64,000 nt of DNA from an uncultured Clostridia bacterium (GTDB lineage: Bacteria; Bacillota; Clostridia; Christensenellales; CAG-917): NCBI GenBank assembly GCA_934254835.1, contig CAKQMI010000002.1:10240-74239 (forward strand). The letters are read 5' to 3'. The notes under the pieces were generated by a model. That model ran no database searches, had not been told where the DNA came from, and was given only the letters and a program-made list of their open reading frames with translations. The stretch's first letter is position 1, and the number at the start of each line of letters is the position of its first letter. Position numbers and translations under genes: made by a program. Below are positions 7,106 to 15,430 of the stretch, piece after piece.

Positions 7106-7876
7106 TTACAAATATTTCCTTATCGTTTCGATCGCGCTTTTTTCAAGCCTCGACACCTGCGCCTGCGACACGTTGACCGCCTTTGAGATTTCCACCTGCG
7201 TTTTCCCCGCAAAGTAGCGAAGATACAGTATTTCCCGCTCTCTTTTCGACACTCTTTGCACGGCGTCCGACAAGGCGATGTTTTCCGTCCACTTTTCGTC
7301 GGTGTTTTTCTCGTCGGCGAGTTGATCCATCAGCATAGTGGCGTCACCGTCCGAGTTCACGACGGAATCGAAATAACTGACGGGTTCGGACACGGCGTCG
7401 AGCGCGCACGCGATTTCCGACACGGGCACGTCGATTTCTTTTGCGATTTCGGTCATACACGCGCTCATATCCGCGCCCGCATTACCCATACGCTCGCGCG
7501 CACTAAACGCGCGGTACGCGATGTCACGCTGACTGCGACTGACTTTTATCCCCGTGCTTTCCCGCTGAAACCGCCTGATTTCACCGATTATCATCGGCAC
7601 GGCGTATGTCGAAAATCTGACGTTTTGCGACACGTCGAAGTTGTTGAGTGCTTTCAACAGTCCGACACACCCCACCTGAAACAAATCGTCCGCCTCTCCC
7701 CGACCGTTTGAAAACCTCTGTACGACCGACAACACCAGCCTGATATTTGCGTTGATAAATTCGTTTTTCATTTCCTCGTTGCCGTTTTTGATTTCCAAAA
7801 GGTATTTGCGCGACTCTTCCCCCGTGATTTTCGGCAGTGACGAGGTGTCCACGCCGATAATTTCGATTCTTTTCAT
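7106..7876 (-). CDS. sigG: Sporulation sigma factor SigG
   Basis: MKRIEIIGVDTSSLP..., NIRLVLSVVQRF, DLFQVGCVGLLKALNNFD and FSTYAVPMIIGEIRRF closely parallel B. subtilis SigG. Start set at ATG 7876, preceded by AAAGGAGG. The gene lies directly downstream of sigE. Confidence 0.87.
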   Translation of the reverse strand: MKRIEIIGVDTSSLPKITGEESRKYLLEIKNGNEEMKNEFINANIRLVLSVVQRFSNGRGEADDLFQVGCVGLLKALNNFDVSQNVRFSTYAVPMIIGEIRRFQRESTGIKVSRSQRDIAYRAFSARERMGNAGADMSACMTEIAKEIDVPVSEIACALDAVSEPVSYFDSVVNSDGDATMLMDQLADEKNTDEKWTENIALSDAVQRVSKREREILYLRYFAGKTQVEISKAVNVSQAQVSRLEKSAIETIRKYL

Positions 7877-7917
7877 AAAAAAACCTCCTTTGAGTATGTA
7901 AGAAGGTTTTTGATTTT

Positions 7918-8631
7918 TCACACGAGTTTGCTGATTTCCTTTTTGAGTTTTCCGACGATTTTCTTTTCCAGGCGCGATATGTACGACTGCGATATTCCCA
8001 TTTCGAGCGCGATTTCTTTTTGAGTTTTCTCCTCTTCGCCGAAAAGTCCGAAGCGCATTTTCAGTATTTTCTTTTCTCGCTCGCCGAGGCGGGCAAAACT
8101 TTCGGCAAGAATTTCTCTTTCCGCCCCGCTCTCGACGTCCTTATAAATCACGTCGCTGTCGGTGCCCAAGACGTCGGACAACAGCAATACGTTGCCCTCC
8201 CAATCGACGTTCAACGGCTCGTCAAAGGATATTTCGGCTTTTTGTCGCACCGTCTTTCTAAGGTGCATCAATATTTCGTTTTCTATGCATCGGCTGGCGT
8301 AGGTTGCAAGTTTGATTTGCTTTGTAAAGTCGAAACTGTTGACGGCTTTTATCAGCCCTATCGTGCCGACGGAAATAAGATCTTCCATATCGATGCCGGT
8401 GTTTTCAAAGCGTTTGGCGATATATACGACCAGACGCAAGTTCCTTTCGATGAGTTCGTTTTTGGCATTGACGTCGCCGTCGTTCAATCGTTTGACGACT
8501 TCCTGCTCTTCCTCGGGCGTCAACGGAGCGGGCAACGCCTCGCCTCCGCAAAGATAGTCCACCGTGTCGTAGGACGCGGATAAATCGAAAAATCGCATCA
8601 CCCAACCGATAAGTTGCTTAAACTTTTTCAT
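7918..8631 (-). CDS. sigE: Sporulation sigma factor SigE (pro-sigma-E)
   Basis: [54 protein letters not shown] and [26 protein letters not shown] are near-identical in pattern to B. subtilis SigE. Confidence 0.93.
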   Translation of the reverse strand: MKKFKQLIGWVMRFFDLSASYDTVDYLCGGEALPAPLTPEEEQEVVKRLNDGDVNAKNELIERNLRLVVYIAKRFENTGIDMEDLISVGTIGLIKAVNSFDFTKQIKLATYASRCIENEILMHLRKTVRQKAEISFDEPLNVDWEGNVLLLSDVLGTDSDVIYKDVESGAEREILAESFARLGEREKKILKMRFGLFGEEEKTQKEIALEMGISQSYISRLEKKIVGKLKKEISKLV

Positions 8632-9433
8632 ATTTCCCCCTTAACGCATTCGCATTGTAGATGAGTTGGCACCCGTCGAAATTCGTGTCGGCAATAGCGA
8701 CGGGAACTTTTTCATATGCACGCGCGCCGTCGCTTGTGCGCATTATGAGCGCGTCCGCAATGAACACGGGACACGACCGCACCGAATGAACGGTCTTTAC
8801 GTCTATGTATCTTTCGACTTTGTCGCGGTATTTTTTGCCGACGTCCGAGGACAATATCACCACGCCTTTTCCGCTGACGCTGTCGATAAGTCCGTTGCCC
8901 GTATCGTTGAAACATTTGACGATTTCGCGTTTGCCGTCCACGACAACCTCGCAGGATACCGCCTCAAAGCCCGAAATTCGGCGTCTGACGGCAAAATTAC
9001 CCATTTGCCATAAGAATACCCATAAAAAGGCTAAACCACCGATTACAGCCCATTTTACGCCTCCGCGCGTCGGATACGCGAGCATGCGCCCGTGCGAAAC
9101 GCCGATTCCCAAAAATGCGACCGCCGTCCCGCCCGCCAAAAACGATATCGCCGAAAAGGTCATAAGATACAAAAAGTAGCCTTTCACGCTTTTGTGTTTG
9201 AGCGCAAATATCGTCGTGGCTATGAGGGTTGCGATTTTGTATGCCCACGTCGCTCTTTTCACAAACGGCAGGCACACCGCAAACGTCGCGCCGACAACCG
9301 CCGACAAAACCGTGCGAAACTTGCTTTTGTCAAGTTTCAGTATCGTCGCGCTCAAGGTCAGTATCACGCCGTTTATCAAAAAGTTTACAATCGCAACTTC
9401 CTCAATATAAACCACGCCGTCATTGTGGCACAA
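8618..9433 (-). CDS. spoIIGA: Sigma-E processing peptidase SpoIIGA
   Basis: Polytopic N-terminal membrane domain, then [20 protein letters not shown] (aspartic protease D-T/S-G-N motif). The 3' end overlaps the sigE start. The start is uncertain: TTG at 9433, or the GTG 6 codons downstream. No clear SD for either. Confidence 0.82.
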   Translation of the reverse strand: MCHNDGVVYIEEVAIVNFLINGVILTLSATILKLDKSKFRTVLSAVVGATFAVCLPFVKRATWAYKIATLIATTIFALKHKSVKGYFLYLMTFSAISFLAGGTAVAFLGIGVSHGRMLAYPTRGGVKWAVIGGLAFLWVFLWQMGNFAVRRRISGFEAVSCEVVVDGKREIVKCFNDTGNGLIDSVSGKGVVILSSDVGKKYRDKVERYIDVKTVHSVRSCPVFIADALIMRTSDGARAYEKVPVAIADTNFDGCQLIYNANALRGKYEKV

Positions 9434-9665
9434 GTCGCTGTCGCATACATTCCGATTGTGTCGAATTTTTTATACATTTTAATGAATATTTATACATTTT
9501 GTATGAAAAAAATATGCATAAATCTTCTGCAACCCCGATGAATACAGGGTTTGCGCCGTTATGCATTTATACATTTTGCCCGAAAAACCGAAAAGCAAAA
9601 AGCATTTTTTATAAAAACTAACGATTCGTTTTACAAGGTTTCCCTTCCCCTGAGATTACCTACGG

Positions 9666-9732
9666 CAGTGATATGCCCAAGGCGTTAGATTGCTTGCGCA
9701 GTGATATTTGCCCTTTGGGCAAGTTGCGGATA
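9666..9732. repeat. Dispersed intergenic repeat (CAGTGATAT... family), copy B
   Basis: cagtgatatgcccaaggcgttagattgcttgcgcagtgatatttgccctttgggcaagttgcggata aligns with 4383-4467. Confidence 0.75.
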
Positions 9733-9944
9733 CTATAATTATCATTCCGAGCGAAGCGTGGGAATCCCCTGGGAAGGTACCAAATCATACTGACGTTTAT
9801 GTGGTTTCGTTCCCACGAGATTCTCACGGCATCGTAGACGATGCCTCAGAATGACAGAAGTGAGAGGAATGTCACACAACGCTCGCAATGACAAATAAAA
9901 ACCCGCACTACCCTAAATTCTATAAAAAAACTATGTCAGCCAAG

Positions 9945-10037
9945 AATAATGCAAACAAAGATAAAACTCCGAGAGTTTTGATGATTTTTGAAAAAGACGA
10001 ACGCGGTTGTTTTTGTACAAAAGCGAGCATTTTTGAA
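9945..10037. repeat. Dispersed intergenic repeat (TTTTGATGATTTTTGAAAAAG family), degenerate copy
   Basis: aataatgcaaacaaagataaaactccgagagttttgatgatttttgaaaaagacgaacgcggttgt...acaaaagcgagcatttttgaaa aligns with 13169-13270. Confidence 0.7.
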
Positions 10038-10135
10038 ATATTAAACTTTCTAAATCGGTGGTAATTTATAAATTTTCTACTATCCTAAAACGGCAAAATA
10101 ACTCTTAAATAAAACAACAAAACTAACTCTCTAAT

Positions 10136-10261
10136 AAAACGGCGAGAATTTGATGGATTTTTGACGTTTCTTACGGGGTTCTGAAAATCCTAGTGTACTA
10201 AGTGTACACGGATTTTCAGGTTCTCGGAAAAACTCAAAAAGGCGCAAATTATCGCCGTTTT
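10136..10261. repeat. ~125-nt palindrome-rich element enclosed by a terminator-like stem (AAAACGGCGA ... TCGCCGTTTT)
   Basis: The internal ~105 nt (gaatttgatggatttttgacgtttcttacggggttctgaaaatcctagtgtactaagtgtacacggattttcaggttctcggaaaaactcaaaaaggcgcaaatta) are close to identical by eye to 44332-44440. The outer stem differs from that copy but is still self-complementary. Confidence 0.8.
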
Positions 10262-10565
10262 ACAAAAAATCGGGGAGTCAATGCGCCTGCTCACAACGCC
10301 AACTCCCCGAAAAGAATCAGTAAATGTTTTTCAAAATGACCGCGATTATTTGTCAAAAATTCGACCTGCCCCACCCGCACACGCTACGATACGCAACGTT
10401 TGCACGCAAGGACTTTTGTCGCGCGACGCAAAATACGCCACAGGACAAATTATCGGTGTGTTATCCTGCCCGAGGAAACGCTCGGGCAAGATTAAATTTT
10501 ATACTTTCCCCGCGATTTGCGGGACGCGCCGTCCGACAGCGTCGGTTTTGCGCGATATGTCGAGA

Positions 10566-11768
10566 TTAGTTGGAACGAGAACGAATCATGCGAAGGAATT
10601 CGGGGATATCTTTGTCGCCCGTATCCATACGACTGCTGTTCACTTCCCCACTGCGGGCGCCAGCCATGACGGGTTCACGCGCGGGAGCGGGAGCGGGCTC
10701 GGCATTGATTTCGGCACGAATGGAGTTGAGTTGTTCTTCTTTCTTATTTTCTTCGACGGTTGCTTGGAAAGCGTTGGCGTCAAAGAGTTTCGCACCCATA
10801 TCGAACTCGGGAGTGCGTTGAGTGTGACCGTTGAAGCCGGTTGCGATGATGGTAACGACGACTTTGTCGCCAAGTTCTTCGTCAACGCCTGCGCCGAAGA
10901 TGATATTTGCACCGCCGTCCACAACGTCCTGAACGAGTTTGGACGCTTCGGCAACTTCGGACAACGAAATATCCAAGCCACCGGTCACGTTGATGATGAC
11001 GCCGGTTGCGCCTTCGATATCAGTTTCGAGCAACGGAGATTGTACAGCCTGACGGACTGCTTCGAGAGTACGGTTTTCGCCCTCTCCGCAACCGATACCC
11101 ATGTGGGCAAGACCTTTGTCGGACATAACCGTGCGAACGTCGTTGAAGTCCAAGTTGATGAGAGCGGGGTTGACGATAAGGTCGGAAATGCCCTGAATAC
11201 CTTGACGGAGTACGTCGTCGGCAACCTGGAACGCTTTTACGATAGGCGTGCCCTTGGGAACAACGCTCAAAAGTTTCTCGTTGGGGATAATAACGAGAGT
11301 ATCGACGTATTGACGGAGGTTTTCAATGCCAGCTTCGGCGTTCTCCATACGTTTTTTACCTTCGAAATTGAAAGGTTTCGTCACGACAGCGACGGTGAGG
11401 ATACCCATTTCACGAGCGAGGCTTGCCACGACGGGAGCAGCACCCGTGCCCGTTCCGCCACCCATACCTGCGGTGATGAAAACGAGGTCGTTGTCTTGCA
11501 AAACTTCTTTGATTTGATCGATGCTTTCTTGTGCAGCCTTTTCGCCGATTGAGGGATCCGCGCCTGCGCCAAGACCTTTGGTAAGTTCTGCGCCGAGTTG
11601 GATTTTCAATTCCGCCTTACTGCGAATGAGGGCTTGATAGTCGGTATTCATAGCGACGAATTCCGCGCTTTTGATACCTGCGTCAATCATTCTGTCAACA
11701 GCGTTGTTTCCTCCGCCGCCAACACCTATAACACGAATACGAGCAACATTTACCGGTGAACCATACAT
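10566..11768 (-). CDS. ftsZ: Cell division GTPase FtsZ
   Basis: [17 protein letters not shown], the [11 protein letters not shown] tubulin signature and NFEG. 400 aa. Confidence 0.97.
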   Translation of the reverse strand: MYGSPVNVARIRVIGVGGGGNNAVDRMIDAGIKSAEFVAMNTDYQALIRSKAELKIQLGAELTKGLGAGADPSIGEKAAQESIDQIKEVLQDNDLVFITAGMGGGTGTGAAPVVASLAREMGILTVAVVTKPFNFEGKKRMENAEAGIENLRQYVDTLVIIPNEKLLSVVPKGTPIVKAFQVADDVLRQGIQGISDLIVNPALINLDFNDVRTVMSDKGLAHMGIGCGEGENRTLEAVRQAVQSPLLETDIEGATGVIINVTGGLDISLSEVAEASKLVQDVVDGGANIIFGAGVDEELGDKVVVTIIATGFNGHTQRTPEFDMGAKLFDANAFQATVEENKKEEQLNSIRAEINAEPAPAPAREPVMAGARSGEVNSSRMDTGDKDIPEFLRMIRSRSN

Positions 11769-11774
11769 AATTAA

Positions 11775-12956
11775 CTATCCTCCTATTTTGGATAAAAGAT
11801 TTTGTAGTATTTTATTTAACCCCGTGAGTTCCTGAGCGTTTAAGTCGGAAGCGACGTCAAGCAATGAAATCGTTGACGAAAACTTCGGCTTATTGTAGCA
11901 AGGAACGTCGGGAGCAATAATTTCAATGGGTTTTTTAAGGACTTGCGACATATATTCTTTTGCACCGCGTATCGTTGTGATGCCGTTGCCCGTCAGATAA
12001 ATCGGACAATGTGCGTTGCACTCGAACCCCGACTGCGCGATACTTTCCGAGATAAACTCGGCAATAGTGTCAAGCCTGCTTTTTGCAATTTCGTTGACGT
12101 CCAGCGCCGAAAAACGATATTTCCCGTTTTCGCCCGCCGAATAATAACTTGTCTCATCGTAAGCCAACGAAAGATCGATTTTGTCTTTCACTTCCTCGGC
12201 GGCAGAGAACGGAACCTCGAACATCATCGCAATATCGCTTGCAACGTGCCCCCCGCCAAGTGAGAACGAAGTAAGACTGACAAGACCGTCGCCCTGCGCG
12301 ACTGCCACGCTGGACGTAATATATCCGACGTCCGCGATAAGTTGACGGCGGTAACGCTTGTCCTCTGAAAGCAACGACATACTTTCCGCCCATATCGACG
12401 AAACGTATTCAACCTCTTTCAATCGCAATTCCTTTGCAATATCTTCAAACAATGAAGTAAACGACCTTTCGCAAAGAACGTACGACACAAGACCGGTGAT
12501 TTTGTAAGCGTCCATACCGCGCGGTTCGATAATGCGTCTTGTCTTATCGTCCAAGGTGTAATAGACGGCAAAATTTCCGATGGTCGTATAGCGAGAGTGA
12601 TTTTTGTAAGTATCGCCCTGCTCGAACAGTTCGGTAATGTCGGCGTCGGTGATGCGTTGTGCGCGTCCGCGCGCAAGAACGACTTCCTTCACCACGATTG
12701 CGATAAACTCCGACGGGACGCCGATGTACAACTTCCTGACCTTTATTCCGCTTTCCGCCTCGGCAACGCGAAGTGCCTTGGAAACAGCGGACTTCAAATC
12801 CAAAACGTTGAACCACTTCCCGCCCGAAAAACCGCTGTAATAGCACGAGCCGAAACCTTTGACGTTGAAAACGCCCTTCAAGGTCTTGCTTCCGATCATA
12901 ACGGATATTTTCTTCGAGCCGATGTCCAGCACGGCGACGTCGTTGAGTTTTGCCAT
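11775..12956 (-). CDS. ftsA: Cell division protein FtsA (actin-like ATPase)
   Basis: 393 aa. VLDIGSKKISVMIG and the actin-fold phosphate motif GGGHVASDIA. Lies immediately upstream of ftsZ with a 6-nt gap. Confidence 0.9.
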   Translation of the reverse strand: MAKLNDVAVLDIGSKKISVMIGSKTLKGVFNVKGFGSCYYSGFSGGKWFNVLDLKSAVSKALRVAEAESGIKVRKLYIGVPSEFIAIVVKEVVLARGRAQRITDADITELFEQGDTYKNHSRYTTIGNFAVYYTLDDKTRRIIEPRGMDAYKITGLVSYVLCERSFTSLFEDIAKELRLKEVEYVSSIWAESMSLLSEDKRYRRQLIADVGYITSSVAVAQGDGLVSLTSFSLGGGHVASDIAMMFEVPFSAAEEVKDKIDLSLAYDETSYYSAGENGKYRFSALDVNEIAKSRLDTIAEFISESIAQSGFECNAHCPIYLTGNGITTIRGAKEYMSQVLKKPIEIIAPDVPCYNKPKFSSTISLLDVASDLNAQELTGLNKILQNLLSKIGG

Positions 12957-12991
12957 TGTTACTCCAAATAGTTGTAGATATATTTATTATA

Positions 12992-13112
12992 ACGTGCGTA
13001 TGCGTGCGCGTCAAGTATTTTACTAAACTTTTTATATATAGTTATCGCGTGTGCGCATATATTTGAGCGCATTATGCGTGCATATACGCATATATGTGCG
13101 CCCGCGTGCGCA
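12992..13112. repeat. Cluster of perfect alternating purine-pyrimidine tracts (Z-DNA-prone)
   Basis: Uninterrupted R-Y alternation at 12992-13011 (20 nt), 13046-13062 (17 nt), 13073-13101 (29 nt) and 13103-13112 (10 nt). The tracts are built from GTGCGC/ATATAC-type units. Confidence 0.85.
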
Positions 13113-13168
13113 AATCCCGCGATTTGTAAACTCAAAAATCTCTTATTTCGAACGGTATGCCTGCCAAA

Positions 13169-13292
13169 AATAATGCGCACACAGATAAAACCCCGAGATT
13201 TTTGATGATTTTTGAAAAAGGCGAGCGCAGTTGTACTTTAGTTGTACTACAAACGAGCATTTTTTGAAAAGCACGGAAATATCGAGGTTTTT
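13169..13292. repeat. Dispersed intergenic repeat (TTTTGATGATTTTTGAAAAAG family) enclosed by AAAACCCCGAGA ... TATCGAGGTTTTT
   Basis: Aligns with 9945-10037. The outer arms aaaaccccgagattt / aaatatcgaggtttt are complementary at 13 of 15 positions. Confidence 0.75.
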
Positions 13293-13321
13293 CAAAGTTC
13301 GTATTGTTTTCGGCAGGCAAT

Positions 13322-13351
13322 AAAAAAACGCAGGCATTTCATTTGCCTGCG
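13322..13351 (-). terminator. Rho-independent terminator after ftsQ
   Basis: The minus strand reads CGCAGGCA-AATGAAAT-GCCTGCG followed by UUUUUUU, 16 nt after the ftsQ stop. Confidence 0.7.
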
Positions 13352-13366
13352 CTGAAATTTCGGATT

Positions 13367-14170
13367 TTAATAAACTCGCTCTCCCACGAACTCCTTATTG
13401 TCGATGTCGTATCTTGCGATGTATTTATCCGTCCTTTGCTCACTGCCCTCGGGGAAACTGACGTACCACTTGTATGCAAGAGGCACTCTTTCGCTGATTT
13501 GTTCGGTGGTGAGATTTCCTCCGAGTTTTATGACGACTCCGCTTCTCGTGTGCAAATCGATTTGTCCCTCGGACAGTCGCACCGACTTGATGAACGCAAT
13601 AAACTGCTTGGGCGTAAGACCTTCGTTGTAAAACCCGCTCGCCACGTTTTGGAGATAATAAACGGAATTGCCGAATTCGACGGGCAACGTCCTGCCGATT
13701 TCGATGGTGTACTTTCCGACAAGCTCGAACCCGTCCACGAATACGAAGTTTTGGTCGGTCGGCTTTTCATCGAAGAATTCAAGAGCGACCATATCGCCGT
13801 CAACCGCAACGTACTTTGCAATTTCCGACGTCGTCTGGCGATACTTGATGAGATAAACCGCCACCCTCTTTGAAACGTGAATGACGATACGGTTGGGAAA
13901 AATTCTTTCGATATTGACGACTCGGACGTCGGGAATTTCAGACGCAATGTTTTTTATCATGCGACTTTCGCTGACGCCGAAGATGTTTTTTCCTTTTTTG
14001 AGCCTCGATGCGGTGATTATCCTTTCCGCTTCGCCCTCCTCCGCCTGAATCGAACTTTCCGTATCGAAATCGACGGTGATGGTTTTCACCTTGAACAGAA
14101 AACCGTTGAGGAGTGCGATCGTCGCAATCAGAACAAGCCCCACGATCAGCACAATGTGTTTTTTAGTCAT
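13367..14170 (-). CDS. ftsQ: Cell division protein FtsQ/DivIB (POTRA domain)
   Basis: One TM helix (HIVLIVGLVLIATIALL), then a POTRA-like ITVDF...IKNIASEIPDVRVVNIERIFPNRIVIHVSKR. Start set at ATG 14170, which overlaps the murA stop (AATGACTAA). The track ORF extends to 14254. Confidence 0.8.
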   Translation of the reverse strand: MTKKHIVLIVGLVLIATIALLNGFLFKVKTITVDFDTESSIQAEEGEAERIITASRLKKGKNIFGVSESRMIKNIASEIPDVRVVNIERIFPNRIVIHVSKRVAVYLIKYRQTTSEIAKYVAVDGDMVALEFFDEKPTDQNFVFVDGFELVGKYTIEIGRTLPVEFGNSVYYLQNVASGFYNEGLTPKQFIAFIKSVRLSEGQIDLHTRSGVVIKLGGNLTTEQISERVPLAYKWYVSFPEGSEQRTDKYIARYDIDNKEFVGERVY

Positions 14171-15419
14171 TGACAAAAATCCTTTGTATTTTTGCTCCGA
14201 GCGACGAAAGAGTTTTTTCAAACGATTCGTATCCTCTGTCGATGAGGTTGACACCGCTTATCGTCGTTATGCCGTCGGCTTTCAGCCCCGCAAGCACCAG
14301 CGCGCTTCCTCCGCGAAGGTCGGACGCATGCACCTCGGCACCGTACAGTTTCCTGACGCCTCTGACAACCGCGACGTCACCGTGCACCGTAATGTCCGCG
14401 CCCATTTTCCGAAGGTCGGGGACGTGCTTGAAGCGGGTTTCAAAAATATTTTCGATGATAATACCCGCGCCGTCGGACACCGCGTTCAATGCCGTGAACT
14501 GCGCCTGCATATCCGTCGGGAACCCGGGATACGGCGACGTTTCGACGTCAATCGCTTTCGTTCTTAAATTACTCGATATCAGTATTCTATCACAAAACGC
14601 GCGCACCTTGCAACTGCTTTTGACGAGTTTTGACGTTATCGACGCAATATGTTCGGGCACTACGTTTTCGATTTCGACCTCACCTCCCGCAATGCCGACA
14701 GCCGTCATCAAAGTCCCCGCGACAATCCTGTCGGGAATGGGCGTGTAAACCGTACCGTGCAATTCCTTTACACCGTCAATTCTTATCACCGGAGTACCCG
14801 CTCCCCTGATTTTTGCACCCATGGCGTTCAGCATATTTTGAAGGTCGGTGATTTCGGGTTCTTTCGCAACGTTTCTAAGTATCGTCGTGCCACGACCGAG
14901 CACCGACGCCATCATCAGGTTTTCGGTTGCGCCCACGCTGATTTTGTCCAGTCCGACGTCCGCGCCGATTATCCCGTCGGTTTCGCAATTGACGTAGCCC
15001 GATTGCTCGTCGATTTTGATATTCAATTCCTTGAGCGCGCGTATATGTATGTCCACGGGACGCAAGCCTATGTCGCACCCGCCCGGATACGCTATGCGCG
15101 CCCGCCCGAGCGTCGCGATAAGACTACCCATCAAGAATACACTGCTTCTTATCTCGTGCGCAAGGCTTTCGGGGACGTCGCCGTTTTTCGCGCCTCCGCT
15201 TATCGTGATTTCGTCGCCGTGCCTTTCGACCTCTGCCCCCAGCGTTTTGATTATCTCGCACATATTATGTACGTCGGTAATGCAAGGACAATCTTTGATT
15301 GTCACCTTGTCTCGCGTGAGCAACGCGCCCGCAAGCAACGGAAGTATGCTGTTTTTCGCGCCTTTCAGTTTCGTCTTGCCGTAAAGGCGGTTACCGCCCG
15401 ATACGATAAATTTTTCCAT
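14163..15419 (-). CDS. murA: UDP-N-acetylglucosamine 1-carboxyvinyltransferase MurA
   Basis: 418 aa. MEKFIVSGGNRLYGKTKLKGAKNSILPLLAGALL and GGCDIGLRPVD with the catalytic Cys loop. Confidence 0.93.
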   Translation of the reverse strand: MEKFIVSGGNRLYGKTKLKGAKNSILPLLAGALLTRDKVTIKDCPCITDVHNMCEIIKTLGAEVERHGDEITISGGAKNGDVPESLAHEIRSSVFLMGSLIATLGRARIAYPGGCDIGLRPVDIHIRALKELNIKIDEQSGYVNCETDGIIGADVGLDKISVGATENLMMASVLGRGTTILRNVAKEPEITDLQNMLNAMGAKIRGAGTPVIRIDGVKELHGTVYTPIPDRIVAGTLMTAVGIAGGEVEIENVVPEHIASITSKLVKSSCKVRAFCDRILISSNLRTKAIDVETSPYPGFPTDMQAQFTALNAVSDGAGIIIENIFETRFKHVPDLRKMGADITVHGDVAVVRGVRKLYGAEVHASDLRGGSALVLAGLKADGITTISGVNLIDRGYESFEKTLSSLGAKIQRIFVND

Positions 15420-15430
15420 AGTTTATATTA

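Noticed and set aside
9459-9465. TGTCGAA (a Spo0A 0A-box match) near spoIIGA
   Set aside because: It is a single 7-mer only 26 nt from the putative start codon, which is too close to be upstream of a promoter. Such 7-mers are expected by chance. The real spoIIG promoter was not located with confidence.
10290-10565. Possible small RNA or terminator structures just downstream of ftsZ (hairpins TGCCCGAG-N6-CTCGGGCA, CCGAC-GCT-GTCGG, TCCCGC-N5-GCGGGA)
   Set aside because: None of the hairpins is followed by a U-tract. I found no promoter and no recognisable RNA family motif. They are recorded only as unexplained structure-prone sequence.
10281-11552. 423-aa plus-strand ORF
   Set aside because: It lies entirely antisense to ftsZ, whose identity is unambiguous. 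It has no SD and a low-complexity translation. It is a shadow ORF created by the codon bias of the real gene.
12959-13337. Minus-strand ORFs of 62-73 aa in the ftsQ-ftsA spacer
   Set aside because: They run through the alternating purine-pyrimidine tracts and the dispersed repeat, giving HAHA/CAHA-type low-complexity translations. They overlap one another and have no SD.
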